From assembly GCA_016722515.1 (NCBI GenBank), contig JADKJE010000004.1, positions 7,544 through 71,543 on the forward strand: a DNA stretch of 64,000 nucleotides, written 5' to 3'. This document shows positions 18,843-27,319 of this stretch, piece after piece. This DNA is from Alphaproteobacteria bacterium (GTDB lineage Bacteria; Pseudomonadota; Alphaproteobacteria; Rickettsiales; JADKJE01). Every line of letters begins with the position of its first letter. Within the stretch, counting starts at the first letter, position 1. Both the position numbers and the translations under genes were made by a program. The notes beneath the pieces were generated by a model. It was not told the DNA's origin. It saw only the letters and a list, made by a program, of their open reading frames with translations, and made no database searches.

Positions 18843-20067
18843 GCAAATGGCGAGCAACACTAATTGGCGTTGGAATGCTTAAGCCTCTATCTCTCGATTC
18901 TTTCTCCGTGAGTTTTGCCATCATCATAGATTTGATAGGCAACATACGGTCTGCCGCACGCAGCAGTACTCTTCTGGCAATTTTTGCAGGCATACTGTCG
19001 TTGGTGTAAAGGCGCACAATACCGCTAGTGGCCAGATAGAGAGGCTTAGTCGCCTGTTTGTGCTCTCGCTCATAATGCGCCAGCACGGCAGCTGAAGCAA
19101 TGTCGCTGCCAGTGTTCATAGCGGCTCTGATCGACTCACACAGTGCGTGCGCGCTTTTGAGGCCAAAATTGAATCCATGCGCCGTCACTGGGTGCATCCC
19201 CACCGCCGCATCGCCCACCAGCGCAAAACGCTGCGCCACAAAGCGATCCGCATACACACCCACCAGCGGGTATGCAAAGCGTTCGCTATCAAGCCGCATG
19301 TTGCCTAGCCGATACTGAAATTGTTTAGCGACCCAAGCATTCAACTCCAGCGCAGATATCTTCATCATTCTTTCAGCTTCAGCAGGCGCAAGGGTAATAA
19401 TCACCGAAGATCGTTTGCCATTCAATGGCAACACCGCCAGCGTATGTCCATGGTGGAAGCATTCATGCGCCACGCCCTCGTGGCTTAAGTCATGCGCCAT
19501 CTGGCAAACAATCATCGTTTTGCCAAAATCATGCATTGAAGCAGAGATACCAGCTTTGCGGCGAGTTTCAGAAAAGCGGCTATCCGCAGCGGCGGCGAGT
19601 TTAGCATGTATCGCCTGACCGTTTGAAAGCTGAAGTTTGGTTACATAGTCTTCCAGCTCCATCTGCTCCAGACTAACGTTATCCATCAGTGTGATATTGG
19701 TATCGTTCTTCACTGCTGCATAGGCGGCTGCGCGGATATGGTGGTTGGATACGATAAATGCCAGCTGATCGGTTTCAGAAGCAGAAAGCCCCATGTAGCG
19801 GGGCGATGTTCCGTCAAACACTTTTGCTTCGCGTATGATTGAAATGGCTTCAGGTGGCAGGTATTCCCACATTCCTAATGCATCGAGCATTTTCCGAGAG
19901 AAATGTGTGAGTGCAATGTCACGCCCATCAATCGCAGGATTTTCGATTGCTGTGCGGGATTGTTTTTCGATTAACAGCGTAGATAGTCCCAAACCAGAAA
20001 GGGTGCGTGCGAAGCAAAGCCCTGCTGGGCCAGCACCGACAATCGCCACATCGTAGGAATTCTGCAT
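18826..20067 (-). CDS. FAD-dependent monooxygenase, UbiH/UbiF/VisC/COQ6 family
   Basis: 413 aa; N-terminal dinucleotide fold YDVAIVGAGPAGLCFA and ...LVGDAAVGMHPVTAHGFN. Confidence 0.8.
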   Translation of the reverse strand: MQNSYDVAIVGAGPAGLCFARTLSGLGLSTLLIEKQSRTAIENPAIDGRDIALTHFSRKMLDALGMWEYLPPEAISIIREAKVFDGTSPRYMGLSASETDQLAFIVSNHHIRAAAYAAVKNDTNITLMDNVSLEQMELEDYVTKLQLSNGQAIHAKLAAAADSRFSETRRKAGISASMHDFGKTMIVCQMAHDLSHEGVAHECFHHGHTLAVLPLNGKRSSVIITLAPAEAERMMKISALELNAWVAKQFQYRLGNMRLDSERFAYPLVGVYADRFVAQRFALVGDAAVGMHPVTAHGFNFGLKSAHALCESIRAAMNTGSDIASAAVLAHYEREHKQATKPLYLATSGIVRLYTNDSMPAKIARRVLLRAADRMLPIKSMMMAKLTEKESRDRGLSIPTPISVARHLLKVAA

Positions 20068-20119
20068 GTTTAGCCCTCCATAGTTCTCCCTGAAAATAGG
20101 CGCAAGAGGGTAAATTCAC

Positions 20120-20133
20120 TTGATGCAGGTCAA
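20120..20133. promoter_or_regulatory. FNR-like box TTGAT-GCAG-GTCAA between the monooxygenase and the NIT-Crp gene
   Basis: One mismatch. The centre is 60 nt upstream of the monooxygenase ATG (20067) and 148 nt upstream of 20274. Confidence 0.5.
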
Positions 20134-20168
20134 CTTCAGAAAGCTGAAAAATTAACGTCCTAAGGTTT

Positions 20169-20206
20169 GGCCCGCCGCGGGCCGCGGCCCCCCCGAGAAG
20201 GGGGCC
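20169..20206. repeat. 38-nt nearly pure G/C double hairpin (GGCCCGC-C-GCGGGCC and GGCCCCC-CCGAGAA-GGGGGCC)
   Basis: Read directly from the sequence: two adjacent perfect 7-bp GC stems in an otherwise AT-rich divergent promoter region. The composition resembles the 38731-39194 tract. Confidence 0.6.
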
Positions 20207-20273
20207 TGGATTTCTATTTGAGATTTTTGCCGTTACGGCTATAGTCACTGAAAAAATAGCGGAACTATGCCTG

Positions 20274-21851
20274 ATGACCAGTGTGTTATACGATTTTTGT
20301 GATTTTATCCATGAAGCCCAGAAGGAACGCGGCTCTGTATCTCTGTATCTGCGAAGCCATGGACAACAGTTTTCCGAGGAGCTGGAATCACAATTTGCGG
20401 TCGTTGATACGCGCCTGAAGCCCCTGAACACATTGCCGAAGCAGCAAAATGCTAAGCTGGAGCCATTTTTGCATGCTGCCCATTATTTGGCGGCGAAACG
20501 CAAATATATCATTGCGCGGATGATTGAAGCGCCGGAAGCGATCTCTTTTTACAGCCGCGAGATTATTGCCCCTGCCATTGATATTACGCAGGAACTGGCG
20601 GTGTTTGATGCCGATAATCAACCTGCCAAAGTTGCGGCACTTATGCATTTTTTGCAGTGGAAAGAGCGTGTTGGGCTTGAACGAGCACTTGGAACGCAAC
20701 TGCTGACAATGGATTGGAAAGAGTCCCCCGAACTCAGAGAGCGGCTGCAATACATCATTTCCGAGCAGCAAGCCTATGAGCGCATGTTCATGATGCTGGC
20801 TGATAGCAAAGGCCGCGAAGCTATCGAGAAGTTGAAGAAGGAAAATGACAGCTTTAAGCGTGTGGAAGAGATTCACTCAGCCCTTAAAAACGGCACTTCT
20901 CCACAACTAGAAGCCCTGAACGCAACCGAGTGGTTTAATTTGTTTACCGCAAAAATGGATGTACTGCACGAAGTCAGCCGCATGATGATTAAGCAGCTCT
21001 CTAAAGCAGATGAGCCTGCCCAGAAGCTCGCAAAGACGAATGGCAAAGCACCCGAAGCATCTGTGCCAGCCCTCAGTCAGGGCGTTGCAGATGCAAGCGG
21101 AATTGAGTCAGGTGTGCGTGCTTATATGGATACGATCAAAGTGCTGCCGCTCTTTGCAGGACTCGATGCCGCCAACTTGAATGATATTCTGAAATATGCC
21201 CGCATCACTAATCACAATAAAGGTACCCTCATTTTTATGCAGGGTGAACAGGCTTCACGTTTTTACATCATCTTAGAGGGATGGGTGAAGCTGTTTAAGG
21301 GCAATGTTGATGGTCAGGAGTCCATTCTGCAGGTGCTGAGTACGGGCGACAATTTGCTGGAAACCGTCATTTTTAATGATACGCCGCTGCCGGTGAATGC
21401 ACAAGCAGTCGACAATGTAAAGCTGCTCTCAATTCCAGCCTCAATGATTCGAGAGAAACTTAAGAATAATCATGCATTGGCAGTGAATATGCTTTCCACC
21501 GTTTCTGGCAGATCTCAGGCGCTGATTAGCCAGTTTGAGCAACTGACGCTTAAAACCGTGACACAGCGTGTAGGCTGGTTCCTACTGAAGCTGTTCTTAG
21601 AAAGCGGTGATCGTACAAAAAATCTCAAGCTGCCTTATGATAAATCGCTGATTGCTGGCTATCTCGGCATGAAACCTGAGACGTTCTCACGCACGCTTCA
21701 AACACTCAAAGAGCAAGGCATCGATGTGGAGCGAAGCAGCATCAGTCTGCCCGATGTATTCGCACTATGCGATTTCTGTGATAGTGACCTTGCCGTTCAG
21801 TGCAGCCGCCACAATACACCCGAATGCCCAAACCCTGTTTGTATGAATTAG
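20274..21851 (+). CDS. one-component regulator: N-terminal NIT (nitrate/nitrite-sensing) domain fused to a Crp/Fnr cNMP-binding + HTH module, with C-terminal Cys cluster
   Basis: 525 aa. The N-terminus FIHEAQKERGSVSLYLRSHG... is NIT-like. LPLFAGLDAANLNDIL...FYIILEGWVKLFKG is the Crp/Fnr effector domain. The HTH is GYLGMKPETFSRTLQTLKEQG, with the FNR-type E--SR recognition motif. The tail is CDFCDSDLAVQCSRHNTPECPNPVC. Confidence 0.75.
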   Translation: MTSVLYDFCDFIHEAQKERGSVSLYLRSHGQQFSEELESQFAVVDTRLKPLNTLPKQQNAKLEPFLHAAHYLAAKRKYIIARMIEAPEAISFYSREIIAPAIDITQELAVFDADNQPAKVAALMHFLQWKERVGLERALGTQLLTMDWKESPELRERLQYIISEQQAYERMFMMLADSKGREAIEKLKKENDSFKRVEEIHSALKNGTSPQLEALNATEWFNLFTAKMDVLHEVSRMMIKQLSKADEPAQKLAKTNGKAPEASVPALSQGVADASGIESGVRAYMDTIKVLPLFAGLDAANLNDILKYARITNHNKGTLIFMQGEQASRFYIILEGWVKLFKGNVDGQESILQVLSTGDNLLETVIFNDTPLPVNAQAVDNVKLLSIPASMIREKLKNNHALAVNMLSTVSGRSQALISQFEQLTLKTVTQRVGWFLLKLFLESGDRTKNLKLPYDKSLIAGYLGMKPETFSRTLQTLKEQGIDVERSSISLPDVFALCDFCDSDLAVQCSRHNTPECPNPVCMN

Positions 21852-21861
21852 TTTCAGGCAG

Positions 21862-21875
21862 TTGATCCACATCAA
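21862..21875. promoter_or_regulatory. perfect FNR/Dnr box TTGAT-CCAC-ATCAA upstream of the moa leader
   Basis: Perfect consensus match. A class II spacing would put the transcription start near 21910, at the 5' edge of the Moco riboswitch. Confidence 0.65.
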
Positions 21876-21904
21876 TTGCTAAAACGCCTTTCCTTTTTAC
21901 CCTT

Positions 21905-22026
21905 CCATCATCCGAAGCCTGAAACGCCTAACGGCTGACATGTGCCAGTCCAAGGATTTCAGGCCGTGGGCATAAGCTCACCGGGTAGCGGCGGAAACGT
22001 CTCTGCCTCCCGCGTTTGGAAAGGAT
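21905..22026 (+). promoter_or_regulatory. molybdenum-cofactor (Moco) riboswitch in the moaA leader
   Basis: CCGAAGCCUGAAA...GGAUUUCAGGC (perfect 8-bp stem, 21917-24 with 21957-64), CUCACCGGG, GCCUCCC (22005-11) and GGAAAGG (22018-24) directly before the ATG. These match my recollection of the E. coli moaA Moco motif. No covariance model was run. Confidence 0.75.
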
Positions 22027-23004
22027 ATGAAGGTGTTGAAGGATTCATTTGGGAGGAAATTCCCCTATTTAAGACTGTCCGTGACGGAAGTGTGTAACTT
22101 CCGCTGCACCTATTGCTTGCCCAATGGCTACCAGAAAACTGACCGTGACTTCCTCACACTCCCTGAGATCACCCGACTTGCAACGGCTTTTGCTGAGCTT
22201 GGCACCCATAAAATCCGCCTGACGGGTGGTGAACCAACGGTGCGGAAGGATTTGACCCAGATTGCGCGCGTCGTCAGCAACATTCCGGGCATTCGCACGG
22301 TAGCACTCACCACCAACGGCTATAATCTGAAGGAAAATGCCAGAGCCTTCCGCGATGCGGGCATCAATGCACTCAATGTCAGTGTCGATAGCCTTGATAG
22401 CGAGCGGTTTCACGCCATCACCGGTCAGGATAAGCTCACGCATGTACTGGAAGGTATCGAAGCGGCAAAAGCGGCAGGATTCACCAATATCAAGATCAAC
22501 TCGGTGCTTCTCAAAGAAGTGACTGACCACACGCTGCCGGAATTCCTGTTGTGGATTCAGCGAGAGGCACTCTCGGTGCGCTTTATCGAGTTGATGCAAA
22601 CGGGCGAGAATCTAGCCTTCTTCAAACAACACCATATCGGTGCTGGTGTGATTATTCAGCAGCTCTTAGAGCATGGGTTCGTGCCAGAGCTTCGCAAGCC
22701 CGATAGTGGCCCAGCGCAGGAATTTACCCATCCTGACTATGCGGGGAAAATCGGCATCATTGCGCCGTATTCCAAGGATTTCTGCAAAAGCTGTAACCGC
22801 CTGCGCGTTACCTCGCGCGGCAAGCTGATGCTCTGCCTGTTTGGCGAAGGCGGCTACGATCTACGCCCATACTTACAAGCCGATGACCAACGCGAAGAAC
22901 TCATTGATGCCATTGCTTCGGCGCTGCATTTCAAACATGAAACACATTATTTACAGCAAGGAATCACCGGCTCCACGCCGCACCTTGCGACACTCGGAGG
23001 ATAG
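22027..23004 (+). CDS. moaA: GTP 3',8-cyclase (radical SAM)
   Basis: 325 aa; LRLSVTEVCNFRCTYCLP cluster motif; C-terminal ...GG. Confidence 0.95.
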   Translation: MKVLKDSFGRKFPYLRLSVTEVCNFRCTYCLPNGYQKTDRDFLTLPEITRLATAFAELGTHKIRLTGGEPTVRKDLTQIARVVSNIPGIRTVALTTNGYNLKENARAFRDAGINALNVSVDSLDSERFHAITGQDKLTHVLEGIEAAKAAGFTNIKINSVLLKEVTDHTLPEFLLWIQREALSVRFIELMQTGENLAFFKQHHIGAGVIIQQLLEHGFVPELRKPDSGPAQEFTHPDYAGKIGIIAPYSKDFCKSCNRLRVTSRGKLMLCLFGEGGYDLRPYLQADDQREELIDAIASALHFKHETHYLQQGITGSTPHLATLGG

Positions 23005-23990
23005 ATGAAGCCTAGTTTTCAAATGATCGATGTCGGGAATAAACCCATTAAGCACCGTATTGCTGTTGCCAGTGGTGAAATTGTCGTCGGGGCAGAAGCA
23101 TTTGCGTTGATTCGTGATCGCAAACTACCCAAAGGCGATGTGCTGATGCTGGCGGAAATCGCTGGTATTCAGGGGGCTAAAAAGGCCTACGAGATGATCC
23201 CGCTCTGCCACCCGATGGGGTTGGACATGGTGCGTGTTTTCACCGAACTCTTGCCCGAAGTGAATGCCTTGCGTGTGTTTGCGTGGCCTCGGTGCATGCA
23301 AAAACCGGCATTGAGATGGAGGTGCTGGCGGGGGTGAACGCCGCGCTGCTCACCATCTGGGATTTGAGCAAGATGATCGAGGCGAATCTTGCCATGCGCG
23401 AGATTAAGCTCCTCGCCAAGAAAGGCGGGAAATCTGGCTTGTGGCTGAACCCTGCTGGCGTTCCAGATTGGGTGCTGGAACTGGTGAATCCGCCAGTTGC
23501 AAAACTACTAGCAGGCCGTAAAGCCGCCGTGCTTACCTTAAGTGATCGCGCCGCCAAGGGCGAATATGAGGATGTTTCGGGTGCGACGCTCAAAGCCGAA
23601 TTGGAAGAAGCCGGATGCAGCATTTGCGATTACCAGGTCATTCCTGATGATAAAGACGGTATCGCTGCGACAGTACAGGAAATGGTGACGCGCCACACGC
23701 CGCATCTGCTTATCACCACGGGCGGTACGGGTGTTTCGCCCCGCGATTATACACTCGAAGCCTTGTTGCCGCTGTTCGATAAAGTAATCCCTGGCGTAGG
23801 AGAATTATTACGTAATCACGGCGCACAGTACACACCACTTTCGTGGAGCAGTCGCGCAGTCGGCGGCATTATCGGCTCTACGCTGGTTATCACGCTACCG
23901 GGCAACCCTGCCGCTGTCAGCGAGGGCTTAGGCACCTTGTTGCCGAAACTCATTCCACATCTTATCCGCATTTCAAACGGAGAAAAATAA
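23005..23990 (+). pseudogene. moaC: moaC fused to a moaB/mog-type domain, reading frame broken near 23283 (apparent 1-nt deletion; may be a sequencing error)
   Basis: ORF 23005..23337 carries MoaC residues up to ...MIPLCHPMGLDMVRVFTELLPEVNALRVFA. ORF 23283..23990 continues in the -1 frame with VASVHAKTGIEMEVLAGVNAALLTIWDL...KKGGKSG. It then runs into a MoaB/MogA domain (LTLSDRAAKGEYEDVSG...LITTGGTGVSPRD). Confidence 0.8.
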
Positions 23991-25246
23991 TGATTTCATA
24001 CGAAGAAGCATTAAAGATTATCACTGGCCAAGCAGGCGCGCCAAAGGTGCAGCAAGTTCCGCTCATGCAGGCATTGGGAAAGATTGCAGCTGAGGACGTG
24101 ACAAGCCCGATGCAGGTGCCGAGCTTCCGTAATAGCGCGATGGATGGATTCGCCGTGTGTGCGGCGCAGCTCGCAAGCGCCAGCGAACCAAGCCCCGTGA
24201 CCTTAAAAATTCAGACGGCTATTGCTGCAGGAGATGTGGCTTCTGCCGGACACACGGAGACTGCCGCGCAGATCATGACAGGCGCTATCGTGCCAGAACC
24301 CTATGACGCTATTGTGCCAGTGGAGCTAGTGACAGCGAGCGGCGATACGGTGACATTCACCAGACCTGCGCACATGGGCGATCATGTGAGGCTTCCGGGC
24401 GAGGATGTGACGAAGGGTCAGTCCGTGTTGCGCCGTGGCGAGACGATTACGCCCGAAACGATTATGCTGCTCTCCAGCTTGGGAATCGTGGAAGTGGCAA
24501 CTACGCACACGCCAAAACTTCATATCCTCAGCACGGGCAATGAAATCACGGATGATTATGCGACGCAGCTACAAGGCACGCAGATTTACAATTCCAACGT
24601 ACCGTATTTGCTGGCTGTAGCCAAGCAGCAAGGGCTGGATGCCCAATATGAAGGGATTGTGCGCGATGATCCTGCACTGTTCGAGAGAAAAATTGCTGCG
24701 ATCAAAGAACCCGCGATACTCATCAGCACGGGCGCGGTCTCGAAGGGTGTATGGGATTTTATCCCTGAGAGTCTGAAAAATATGGGCGCAACAATCCACT
24801 TCCACCGCGTCAACATTCGCCCTGGAAAGCCTGTGTTGTTTGCAATATTGCCAAACGGCAGCTTCTATTTTGGCTTGCCGGGGAATCCGATTTCAGCGGC
24901 GATTGGCTTTACATTCTTCGTGATGCCGCTGGTGCGAGCACTGCAAGGCCTGCCTGATGCACCGCCGCTCATGGCGACATTGGAAAACAACTTCACCAAG
25001 AAAGGTAACTTCCGCCAATTCCTGAAAGCATCAGTCTGGCTGGATGAAACGGGATGCTTGCGCACAAATATCAGCGATGGTCAGGAGTCCTTCAAGATCA
25101 GCCCGATGGCCGCGAATAATGCTTGGGTGGTGCTGGAGGAAGAAAAGACAGTGGTCAAAGCGGGTGATCGCGTGTCTGTCGTGCTTTACGCCGCATTAAA
25201 AACAACAAGCCGCAACGAGGATAAAACACTATGTCAGGCAGCATAA
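23990..25246 (+). CDS. moeA: molybdopterin molybdenumtransferase
   Basis: ORF 23843..25246; ATG at 23990 overlaps the previous stop (TAATG). MISYEEALKIITG... is MoeA-like throughout. Confidence 0.9.
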   Translation: MISYEEALKIITGQAGAPKVQQVPLMQALGKIAAEDVTSPMQVPSFRNSAMDGFAVCAAQLASASEPSPVTLKIQTAIAAGDVASAGHTETAAQIMTGAIVPEPYDAIVPVELVTASGDTVTFTRPAHMGDHVRLPGEDVTKGQSVLRRGETITPETIMLLSSLGIVEVATTHTPKLHILSTGNEITDDYATQLQGTQIYNSNVPYLLAVAKQQGLDAQYEGIVRDDPALFERKIAAIKEPAILISTGAVSKGVWDFIPESLKNMGATIHFHRVNIRPGKPVLFAILPNGSFYFGLPGNPISAAIGFTFFVMPLVRALQGLPDAPPLMATLENNFTKKGNFRQFLKASVWLDETGCLRTNISDGQESFKISPMAANNAWVVLEEEKTVVKAGDRVSVVLYAALKTTSRNEDKTLCQAA

Positions 25247-25485
25247 CCCTTACCGTCAATCTCTTCGGTGCGTTTCGTGGGCATGAGAATGGCAAACCAC
25301 TCACACTTAGCCTGCCACATGGCGCGACGCTGATTGAGGCACGGCGTGCACTCAAAGCCGCACTTGATAACAATCCGCTGATTGATGATTCCGCACTGGC
25401 CGATGAAACGCAAATTTTGCCCGAAGATGCGGTATTCGAGCGCGACACCCAGCTCGCCATTCTGCCACCCGTGTGCGGAGGCTGA
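25231..25485 (+). CDS. moaD: molybdopterin synthase sulfur-carrier subunit
   Basis: 84 aa ending in ...LPPVCGG (C-terminal Gly-Gly). Confidence 0.85.
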   Translation: MSGSITLTVNLFGAFRGHENGKPLTLSLPHGATLIEARRALKAALDNNPLIDDSALADETQILPEDAVFERDTQLAILPPVCGG

Positions 25486-25487
25486 CG

Positions 25488-25940
25488 ATGACGCAATCCA
25501 TCTATACGGGCATCAGCGAGGAAACACTATCCATCCAAAAAGCCGCCGATTTTGTGGATGCGGCGGAGAATGGCGCGCTGAATATGTTTATCGGCAAAGT
25601 GCGCAATCACAATATGGGCAAGGCCGTGAATGCGGTGAGTTACGATGTATTCGCGCCGCTGGCCTGCAATGTGTTTCAGGAAATCTGCGCGGAAGCGACG
25701 GCGCAATTCGGCGAGCGTCTGCGGCTTTATATCGAGCATTACAAAGGCAAGCTGGAGATTGGCGGCATTAGCGTCATCATCGCTGTCGGCTCGCCCCACC
25801 GCGATGAATCCTTTCAGGCCTGCCGTTACCTGATCGAGCAACTCAAAATCCGCGCGCCGATCTGGAAGCAGGAACATTACGTGGACGGTGTTAGTGAGTG
25901 GGTCAAAGGCCATACGCTCTGTGGGCATCACCATGGATGA
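25488..25940 (+). CDS. moaE: molybdopterin synthase catalytic subunit
   Basis: ATG at 25488, 2 nt after the moaD stop. MoaE-like ...FIGKVRNHN...PIWKQEHY. Confidence 0.9.
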   Translation: MTQSIYTGISEETLSIQKAADFVDAAENGALNMFIGKVRNHNMGKAVNAVSYDVFAPLACNVFQEICAEATAQFGERLRLYIEHYKGKLEIGGISVIIAVGSPHRDESFQACRYLIEQLKIRAPIWKQEHYVDGVSEWVKGHTLCGHHHG

Positions 25941-26490
25941 TGTTGCCGCAGTCATACTAGTCGGAGGCAAATCCTCGCGCATGGGGCAGGATAAGGCATT
26001 GCTGCCTTACAAGGGCAAGCGGCTGGTGGATGTGGTGGCGGATACGATACGAGCCGCTGGTGTATCGCGTGTTTATGTGAGTGGTAAAATCGCTGATTAC
26101 CCAAGTTTCCCCGATCTGCTTTCAGAGTGCGGCCCGGTGAGTGGTATCTGTTCTTGTATTTTAAGATTGTCGATAAATTACAAACGGCTGCTTTTTGTGC
26201 CGGTTGATATGCCTTACCTGACAGAAGAACTGATTCGACTGCTTGTGGATTGCCCTGCACATAAAACGCACCACATTGAAAATCATCCGCTTCCCTGCAT
26301 TATTCCGACGGATGAAGCGGCCACACGACATGCAGATAGCTGCATTCAGGAGTTGGTAAAGAAGAAAAAATTGTCCGTAAAAGAATTTTTAGCGAGGCTA
26401 AACGCAATATCAGTACCGCTATCAAGGCAGATGGAAAAGGCGCTCACCAACACCAACACGCCGGAAGAATGGCAGGAGGTCATCTCATGA
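25933..26490 (+). CDS. mobA: molybdenum cofactor guanylyltransferase
   Basis: ATG at 25933 (MDDVAAVILVGGKSSRMGQDKALLPY), overlapping moaE by 8 nt. Confidence 0.85.
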   Translation: MDDVAAVILVGGKSSRMGQDKALLPYKGKRLVDVVADTIRAAGVSRVYVSGKIADYPSFPDLLSECGPVSGICSCILRLSINYKRLLFVPVDMPYLTEELIRLLVDCPAHKTHHIENHPLPCIIPTDEAATRHADSCIQELVKKKKLSVKEFLARLNAISVPLSRQMEKALTNTNTPEEWQEVIS

Positions 26491-26807
26491 ATCTACGCAT
26501 CAGTGAAAATCAGCTTCGCTTTCGCATCACGCAAGGAGAGACAGAACTATTAAGGCAGGATGGTGTGCTTGCTTTCTCGCTCAATCTCGGCGCGCAGACT
26601 GTGGAATATTCCGTGGCACTTGCAGAGATAGAACAAACCTTGGCATTGGACGTACAGAAAACTGCGTGGAAGCTGCTGGTGGATCGCAAAGATTTTAGTC
26701 AGTTTCTGGCATCATTGCCCTCACGTGAAGGGATTGAGCAAACGGTCACGATGAATGGCGCTCAGATTGAACTAGTGCTGGAAGTGGATGTCCGGCGTAA
26801 ACGCTGA
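26487..26807 (+). CDS. hypothetical protein translationally coupled to mobA
   Basis: ATGA overlap with the mobA stop, and GGAGG 8 nt upstream. 106 aa with no family that I recognise. Confidence 0.45.
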   Translation: MNLRISENQLRFRITQGETELLRQDGVLAFSLNLGAQTVEYSVALAEIEQTLALDVQKTAWKLLVDRKDFSQFLASLPSREGIEQTVTMNGAQIELVLEVDVRRKR

Positions 26808-27319
26808 CGCTGCGCGCGTTGCTCCATTTGTCCTAAAGCAACGAAGCACAACATCACTACTACAGCAAAGCCTGCCAGGAATTCTGGATAAGACCATACG
26901 CCATAAGCGAGCGGTTTGGCGCATCCAAGAATGGCACCGTAAATCCAGCAGGCAATATTGACGCTTGCAAGCCGCAGCATTGGCCGAGGATTTCCCAATC
27001 TGAGCTTCGGCACCGCGTAACGACGCATGGCCTGCGTGGAAAGAAACCACAGAACAACCACGGTGACCTTGCACCAGAGTTTGGGATTGGCGAGATACGC
27101 ATCAAATCCCTTTTGCCAAATGCCAAGGCCGATAAGCGCAAAGCCTGAAAGCCATAAATGCACGTCGGCAGAGCGAATCATGCGCGTCCATGTTTTATCG
27201 TAGGAAATAATGCCCAGCAGGCTTTTGAGTGAGAAATGGATGTAAATCAGCCCGAACGCGAAGCCCAGCACATGCCAGAAAGCAGAGAGCGTAATCAGAA
27301 AGCCGATGACTTCGCTCAT
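26762..27319 (-). CDS. hypothetical polytopic membrane protein coupled to moeB
   Basis: 185-aa ORF with about five hydrophobic segments. It forms an ATGA overlap with the moeB-rhodanese stop. Its 3' end overlaps the convergent 26487..26807 ORF by 46 nt. Confidence 0.5.
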   Translation of the reverse strand: MSEVIGFLITLSAFWHVLGFAFGLIYIHFSLKSLLGIISYDKTWTRMIRSADVHLWLSGFALIGLGIWQKGFDAYLANPKLWCKVTVVVLWFLSTQAMRRYAVPKLRLGNPRPMLRLASVNIACWIYGAILGCAKPLAYGVWSYPEFLAGFAVVVMLCFVALGQMEQRAQRQRLRRTSTSSTSSI

